Below the pieces are notes generated by a model. That model saw only the letters and a list, made by a program, of their open reading frames with translations, did not search any database and was not told the DNA's origin. A stretch of 64,000 nt of DNA from a virus. Its lineage: Duplodnaviria; Caudoviricetes. The translations under genes were made by a program, and so were the position numbers. Shown piece after piece: positions 58,908 to 64,000 of this stretch. Numbering within the stretch: the first letter of the stretch is position 1; each line of letters starts with the position of its first letter. Where the stretch lies: IMG/VR virus record IMGVR_UViG_3300028048_000047, positions 96,001 to 160,000 of that record, one strand, 5' to 3'.

Positions 58908-59366
58908 ATGAATATGGAAAAAATGACTCTTGAAGAAAAACTTGAATATTACCAAAGACAAACTCATCAACTTAAAAAAAGAAGAGATGATGCTAATGAT
59001 AAAATAGAATATTTAAATAGTTATATTAAAGAATTACATCAAGAGATTAATAATTTAAAATCTGAAAAACGATTTAAACAAGTTGTTGATGGTGTTAAAG
59101 ACACAAGAACTGGTAGGACTTTAACACACCCGTTAGACTTTACTTTGAAATTGAATGAACTTAATACCTTATATGATTATGTTTTTGATAGGAACGAAGA
59201 ACTTGAAAAAAAGAATGAACAATTAAAACAACAATTATCAGATATTAAGGGACAATTAGTAATGTTGGATAACTGTGACAATTGGGATTATGACCGAATG
59301 AAACATACTGTAAGAGAGATTGCAGAAATAATTGGTTATAATGGAACAATAAACCCTAAAATGTGA
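58908..59366 (+). CDS. coiled coil fused to an internal array module (SEKRF)
   Basis: Internal TCTGAAAAACGATTT. Confidence 0.7.
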   Translation: MNMEKMTLEEKLEYYQRQTHQLKKRRDDANDKIEYLNSYIKELHQEINNLKSEKRFKQVVDGVKDTRTGRTLTHPLDFTLKLNELNTLYDYVFDRNEELEKKNEQLKQQLSDIKGQLVMLDNCDNWDYDRMKHTVREIAEIIGYNGTINPKM

Positions 59367-60077
59367 TGTGCAATGACCGATGAAGATTGTGATAAAATTA
59401 TAGAATTATGTTGGTGGCATTTAGGAACTTGTGAATTAGCAGATTGTATTATAGATTCTTGTGATATAATGTGTGGTGATATGGAATGATTGTTGATGGT
59501 ATAAGTCTAATAATGGGGGGAATCTTTGGTTTCATAATAGGCATAGCATTAGTAAAAGACAAATATAGGAAAGAATGTCATAGATTAGAAGAAAATATTA
59601 TCAGATTACAATATGATGCCCAAATAACTAAATACAAAAATCAGAGGTGATGAGGAATGACTTGTCAATTTGAAGATAGTACAATGATTGATACTCATTG
59701 TAAAATCAAAATATGGAATGATGGATTTGAGGACACTTACTGTCAAACTGGTTGTCCTTTAAAAGAGTTAAAAGGGGATGTGGAATGACTGGAATTGATG
59801 ATTTAATTATATGCCCACGATGCTTAAAACCTATGGGGGAAGAAGTGGATACAATGGTTTGTCAATATTGTGAGTATAATGAAAAAGAAAACAATGAACT
59901 TGAAAAAGGAAAGAAATTTGATAAGGAATTGGATTAAATGAGCAGTTTAACAGATATTTATGTAATTCATCAAATAACTGGATTACCGTACACAAGCATA
60001 ATAACTATAAGCATTATTGGATTTATAATACTATGCCCAATAGTGATTTTTTTAGTGAAGAAGAATGGAGAATTATT

Positions 60078-60557
60078 ATGACTACGAATAAACGATTTAC
60101 TGTTAAACAAAGGCAAGGTACAACAATTTACAGTATTATAGATTATTATGGAGAATTACCTTTAAGTGAAGGAATGTACTATAAAAGCAATGCGAATAAA
60201 CTATGTGAATGGTTAAATACTCAACACGAATTGTTAAATACTTTGTATAATGAGAATGATGAGTTAAAAGCAAGTAATGAAGGTCTTTTAAAAGATTTGT
60301 ATGATAGGTTTAAACTTATCAAATCAGTAGAAAAAGAAAATCAACAATTAGTTAAAATGCTTGACAATGTAACGAATTATATACAAAGAGAACATAAAGA
60401 AATTCCAATTGATGATTTTGTGGAATGGTGGAATAATATAGCAACAGAAGGATTAGAAGATGATAATAGTGTTAATGAAAATAAGATTAGAAAAAGAAAA
60501 GTTAAAGCAGATGGTAAGGTGGATTATGTAGGTATTTCAAAGGAGGATTTAGAATGA
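60078..60557 (+). CDS. array-family protein (MTTNKRF)
   Basis: First ~140 nt near-identical to 45202. Confidence 0.8.
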   Translation: MTTNKRFTVKQRQGTTIYSIIDYYGELPLSEGMYYKSNANKLCEWLNTQHELLNTLYNENDELKASNEGLLKDLYDRFKLIKSVEKENQQLVKMLDNVTNYIQREHKEIPIDDFVEWWNNIATEGLEDDNSVNENKIRKRKVKADGKVDYVGISKEDLE

Positions 60558-60754
60558 CTGAAAAATATTACTTAGTAGTAGAAATAAGTGGAAGTTTAGC
60601 CAAAATGTACGACAATATAAGTGAAGAAAATATAATGGATGTTAATGAAACCGTAAATAAATTAAACGAACTAACCCAAGAAAATCAAATTCTTAAAACA
60701 GAAAATATCCTATTGAAAAAAGAATTGAAAAAAATGACTGAAAAACATTCCTAA
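60554..60754 (+). CDS. last array cassette, ending in an in-frame empty head (MTEKHS*)
   Basis: ATGACTGAAAAACATTCCTAA at 60734-60754. Confidence 0.7.
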   Translation: MTEKYYLVVEISGSLAKMYDNISEENIMDVNETVNKLNELTQENQILKTENILLKKELKKMTEKHS

Positions 60755-60904
60755 CACTATTAATCAAACATAACCAATATAAATACATTAATAAATAAAA
60801 TATAATACAAAAAAAATAATAATAATATAAAAAAAATAAAAAACAAAAACACAAAAATAAATAAACACATTTAAATAATATCAAAAGAATAAAGTAAAAA
60901 ATAT

Positions 60905-60985
60905 ATTACAAAATGATACAGCACGAACTCACACAGACATCAGTCAAAAAAACACGAAAATGTCTGTATGGGTGTATTTTGTGAT
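60905..60985. other. imperfect inverted repeat at the A+C/G+T skew switch; candidate origin or control site
   Basis: ACTCACACAGACAT (60927-60940) / ATGTCTGTATGGGT (60960-60973), plus outer ATTACAAAAT/ATTTTGTGAT. Confidence 0.45.
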
Positions 60986-61014
60986 TTAAAGGATTTTAAG
61001 GAGGTTTTGAGTTT

Positions 61015-61218
61015 ATGAGTAAGAAAAATTTTAGGAAGAATAAGAAGAATTGTGATAAGTTGTTGTCTAAGAGGGAAATTTCTAAGTTTGAGAGGTTGTG
61101 TAGTAAGGTTGATTGGTGTGATGAGGATAGTGTTTTTGAGTTTGGTGTTGAGTTGGGTAGGTGGTCTGTTAGGTTGAGGGGTTTGGTTTTGGAGAAGAGT
61201 TTGGAGGGTGATGAGTAA
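61015..61218 (+). CDS. hypothetical protein
   Basis: SD AAGGAGG; plausible amino-acid composition. Confidence 0.5.
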   Translation: MSKKNFRKNKKNCDKLLSKREISKFERLCSKVDWCDEDSVFEFGVELGRWSVRLRGLVLEKSLEGDE

Positions 61219-61398
61219 GTGGTTGTTTAGTTGTTTTTGTGGTTGTTTATTTTTGTGTTTTTGTGTTTTGTTTGTTGTTTGGTTGTTGGGTTTGTTGTTT
61301 TTTTTGGGGTTTGTTGGTTTTTTTGTTTTTGTGTTTTGTTTTGGTGTAGGTGTGTTTGTTGTTTTTTGGTGTTTTGTGTGGTGGTATTTAAATGTTTT

Positions 61399-61413
61399 GG
61401 AAAGGTTTATATA
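61399..61413 (+). promoter_or_regulatory. archaeal promoter (GGAAAGG-TTTATATA) for the TFB-like gene
   Basis: BRE-like purines + TATA. Confidence 0.6.
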
Positions 61414-61477
61414 GTATGAGTTTTATATATTATTATATGTTTTTTTTAAATAATTTTGATTTGAGGTGTATTTTTTT

Positions 61478-62188
61478 ATGAGTGATGAGATTAATGATTT
61501 TAAGTTGAGGAAGTTGGATTTGGATGATGTTGATGGTAATGTTAATGTTTTTAATAAGGCTCAATGGTATCGTTTGATGAAGTGGAAGGATAAGGTTGAG
61601 GAGAGTTCTGGTAATCGTAATGTTGATTATGCTTTGGATTTGGTTAATTCTTTTTCTGTTAAGTTGGGTTTGGATGGTGTTGTTAGGCGTAGGATTTATT
61701 CTGTTTATAGTGGTAGTGTTGATGCTGGTGTGTTGACTGGTAGGAGTATTGAGGGTGTTGTTGGTGCTTCTGTGTATGTTGGTCTTCGTTTGGAGGGTGT
61801 TGTTCGTACTGCTGAGGAGGTTTCTGAGGTTTGTAAGGTTTCTTATAAGGATTTGCTTCGTACTTCTAAGTTGATTTGTAAGAAGTTGGGTGTTCGTTTG
61901 CCTTTGTTATCTCCGAAGGATTTTGTTCCTCGTTTTTGTGATAGTTTGGGTATTGTTGATGATGATGTTGTTTTGAAGGCTTATGAGTTGTTGGATGATT
62001 GTGAGGTTGTGGGGTTGTGTAATGGTCCTGCTCCTAATAGTTTGGCGGCTTCTTGTTTGTATTTGGCTTGTCTTGGTTGTGGTGTTCGTAAGACTCAGCG
62101 TGATGTTGGGGAGGTTTGTGGTGTTAGTGAGGTTACTATTAGGAATAATCTTCGTAAGATTCGTAAGACTTTGGAGTTAGATTATTAG
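61478..62188 (+). CDS. tfb: transcription initiation factor TFB/TFIIB homolog lacking the N-terminal Zn ribbon and B-reader
   Basis: KAQWYRLMKW, GRSIEGVVGASVY, SPKDFVPRF, KTQRDVGEVCGVSEVTIRN (two cyclin folds + HTH); SD GAGGTG. Confidence 0.92.
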   Translation: MSDEINDFKLRKLDLDDVDGNVNVFNKAQWYRLMKWKDKVEESSGNRNVDYALDLVNSFSVKLGLDGVVRRRIYSVYSGSVDAGVLTGRSIEGVVGASVYVGLRLEGVVRTAEEVSEVCKVSYKDLLRTSKLICKKLGVRLPLLSPKDFVPRFCDSLGIVDDDVVLKAYELLDDCEVVGLCNGPAPNSLAASCLYLACLGCGVRKTQRDVGEVCGVSEVTIRNNLRKIRKTLELDY

Positions 62189-62259
62189 GAGGGTTGTTTT
62201 TTTAAACTTTTCTATTTTTTTTTATGATTATTATTCTTTTTTTTGTGGGGGATTATAGT

Positions 62260-62919
62260 ATGAAGATGGTTTTTTTTGATACTGAAACTACTGGTTTGGA
62301 TAGTGTTGAGGATAGGATTATTGAGTTGGCTTTTGTGGTTGTTGAGGATGGTGTGGTTGTTAGGAAGTATGATGAGTTTGTTGATGTTGGTGTTTCTTTG
62401 TCTGATGATGTTGTGGATTTGACGGGGATTACTGATGAGTTGTTGTCTGCTGAGGGTGTTAGTGAGAAGTCTGTTGCTGATGATTTGATGGGTTGTTTGG
62501 ATAAGGGTGTTGTTATGATTGCTCATAATTGTCAGTTTGATTTGAATTTTATTTTTCAGTTGTTGGTTAGGTATTATTCTGAGGATGTTGTTCTTGATTT
62601 GTTTGGGGATATGTTTTGGTTGGATACTTTGACTGTGTTTAAGGATAGGAAGGGTTATCCTCATAAGTTGGAGGATATGGTTAGGTATTATGGTATTGAG
62701 TGGGGTAGTTTTCATCGTGCTATTGATGATACTTTGGTTTTGTGTGAGTGTGTTAAGGCTTTGAATCGTGAGAGGAATGATTTGGTGGCTTATTTTAATG
62801 TGTTTGGTTTTAATCCGAAGTGGGGTGTTAGTGGTATTGAGTTTGATTTTATTCGGTATGTACCTCAGTCTTTTAGTAAGAGTATGGTTGGGAAGGATTT
62901 TATTTTGCCTTTGTTATGA
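62260..62919 (+). CDS. DEDDh 3'-5' exonuclease (DnaQ-like)
   Basis: FDTETTGL, AHNCQFD, HRAIDD. Confidence 0.9.
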   Translation: MKMVFFDTETTGLDSVEDRIIELAFVVVEDGVVVRKYDEFVDVGVSLSDDVVDLTGITDELLSAEGVSEKSVADDLMGCLDKGVVMIAHNCQFDLNFIFQLLVRYYSEDVVLDLFGDMFWLDTLTVFKDRKGYPHKLEDMVRYYGIEWGSFHRAIDDTLVLCECVKALNRERNDLVAYFNVFGFNPKWGVSGIEFDFIRYVPQSFSKSMVGKDFILPLL

Positions 62920-62952
62920 ATGTTTTTTATTTATTTTTATATATTGGGGGGG

Positions 62953-63002
62953 GGGTTAATTGTCGACTTTTTGTCGACGGTTGACTCATTATTTTTTTTT
63001 TT
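62953..63002 (+). terminator. 15-bp hairpin (4 G-U pairs) + T-tract
   Basis: GGGTTAATTGTCGAC-TTTTT-GTCGACGGTTGACTC followed by T11. Confidence 0.6.
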
Positions 63003-63268
63003 GATAGGTTGGTAGAGTGGTTTAATGTGGGAGGGGGTTTGTAAAACTCTTTTTCATGAGGTTGATTTTTCCATTTGTCTTTAATTTTTATGTGTTTGTT
63101 TAGTTTTTTTGGTTTTTGTTTGAACGGTTTTTTTGTTTTTGTTGGGGTTTTGTTTTTTGTGGTTGAACATTTTTATAGTGTTGTTTGTTTTTTGTTGAAC
63201 GGTTGTGTTTTACTGTTAGTGTTTTTTTTTAGTTTATTTTTTATTGTGGTGTATGTGGGATAGATATG

Positions 63269-63276
63269 TTTATATA
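63269..63276 (+). promoter_or_regulatory. TATA box for the 63332 peptide gene
   Basis: TTTATATAGTATG, same context as 61406. Confidence 0.55.
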
Positions 63277-63331
63277 GTATGGTGTTTATATATATTATAC
63301 ATCAACCAATGAAAAAGGAGGTAAATAATAC

Positions 63332-63433
63332 ATGAAAATTTTAGGATATACACAATGGCATAAATTAATATTGGATGTGTGGTTTGTGATTAGTTGTTTT
63401 ATAATTATAATATTTGCATTATTTTTAAAATAG
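63332..63433 (+). CDS. 33-aa hydrophobic peptide (not in ORF track)
   Basis: SD AAGGAGGT; MKILGYTQWHKLILDVWFVISCFIIIIFALFLK. Confidence 0.6.
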   Translation: MKILGYTQWHKLILDVWFVISCFIIIIFALFLK

Positions 63434-63464
63434 TTAACTTTATATACTATGAAGTATAATATAG

Positions 63465-63589
63465 TATTGTTCATATAAATATCCTACTATTTTTTTACAA
63501 TATGAACAATATGGTGAGGTTGTGTCAGATACACTCCCACCCAAAATGGGTTATCTCCTTAGTGGTGTTTGGAGAACAGGAGTGTATCT
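63465..63589 (+). ncRNA. candidate structured small RNA, copy 1
   Basis: TATA 63439-63446; 12-bp 5' hairpin; three-way junction closed by AGATACACTCC/GGAGTGTATCT. Confidence 0.6.
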
Positions 63590-63645
63590 CTACTTGTTTT
63601 AAAAACAATAGTAAAAATTATATACTATGAAAATCTATATAAATA

Positions 63646-63785
63646 ATTGTTCATATTATATCACATACTACTTTTCGTTCATAATATGAACATCAAAAAA
63701 AAATAATGGTGGTTAAAAAAAAGAGTAAACTCCCACCCAAAATGGGTTATCTTCTTAGTGGTGTTTGGAGAACAGGAGTCTACTC
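63646..63785 (+). ncRNA. candidate structured small RNA, copy 2
   Basis: TATA 63617-63624; 12-bp 5' hairpin; 51-nt core identical to copy 1 except 1 nt; compensatory closing stem. Confidence 0.6.
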
Positions 63786-64000
63786 ACTTATTCTCAAAAT
63801 AAAACAACACAAAACCATAACAACACAAGACAATACTAAAAATAATAACACCACCAATCAATAATATTGACTCATCATCAAAAACCAATAAAAAAATCTA
63901 TGAACATATACATATTCATTAAAAATATATGTGACCCAAATATATTACAAACATAGTAAAACATTTAAATACTATAAACTACATAAAACATAAACATACA

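Larger units (their letters stand above)
17002..60754 (+). repeat. MTEKRF cassette array: ~80-100 small coupled ORFs sharing the head GAATGACTGAAAAACGATTT and often the motif GAGAATGAGCAGTTAAAA
   Basis: Motifs read repeatedly; most ORFs overlap by ATGA or ATGACTGA; count is a manual estimate. Confidence 0.92.
1..64000 (+). mobile_element. Segment of a probable large archaeal (Methanobacteriales) virus or extrachromosomal element
   Basis: Unidirectional dense small ORFs, mostly hypothetical; virus-type accessory genes (dUTPase-like, ERCC4, HNH, DEDDh); archaeal markers (TFB, DUF1922-like, BRE-TATA); no housekeeping operons. No structural genes seen. Confidence 0.75.

Noticed and set aside
45202-60557. 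Diversity-generating retroelement (45202/60078 or 27733/43486 as TR/VR pairs)
   Set aside because: Differences include C/T and G/A changes in both directions, not adenine-specific; no reverse transcriptase in the window
17002-60754. CRISPR array interpretation of the recurring ~20-bp head
   Set aside because: Repeats are degenerate, coding, and separated by ~50-500-bp ORFs; no cas genes seen
17002-60754. Classical integron
   Set aside because: No tyrosine integrase seen and no palindromic attC between cassettes; genes overlap directly
61208-61419. F/V/C/G-rich ORFs at 61208, 61231 and 63075
   Set aside because: Stop-free by virtue of G/T low complexity; 61211 has an SD-like sequence but coding is unsupported
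4680-62715. Minus-strand ORFs in the track (e.g. 11605..11901, 53598..53990, 62212..62715)
   Set aside because: Shadows of + strand genes with F/S/L- or N/I/T-rich composition and no SD or promoter support

Overview
Very AT-rich, gene-dense window in which essentially all real ORFs lie on the + strand. It is most consistent with part of a large virus or extrachromosomal element of a Methanobacteriales archaeon (Methanobrevibacter-like). Evidence: an MTH1184/DUF1922-like gene, a TFB homolog with the Methanobacteriales-type AQWYRLxKW linker, BRE-TATA promoters and GGTGA/GGAGG ribosome-binding sites. No capsid, terminase, integrase or rep gene was recognised, so virus versus plasmid is unresolved. 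0-16 kb holds DNA/nucleotide-metabolism and accessory genes (two DUF5662-like HD proteins, ERCC4/XPF nuclease, dUTPase/dCTP-deaminase-family enzyme, radical SAM protein, repeat DNA-binding proteins). ~17-60.75 kb is the main discovery: a giant, translationally coupled array of roughly 80-100 small ORFs (manual estimate). They share a nucleotide-level head (SD..GAATGACTGAAAAACGATTT = MTEKRF) and often a second conserved motif (GAGAATGAGCAGTTAAAA = ENEQLK), with hypervariable cargo between and after them. Several members are head/tail chimeras that switch parent at the second motif, pointing to a recombination-driven gene-cassette shuffling system. The head ATGAnTRA also carries stop codons in both alternative frames. 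The array ends at a sharp A+C to G+T strand-skew switch with a hairpin (~60.95 kb). Beyond it lie a G+T-saturated island encoding a Zn-ribbon-less TFB and a DEDDh exonuclease, then two tandem promoter-driven structured-RNA candidates with compensatory base pairs. All family assignments are from motif recognition, not database searches.
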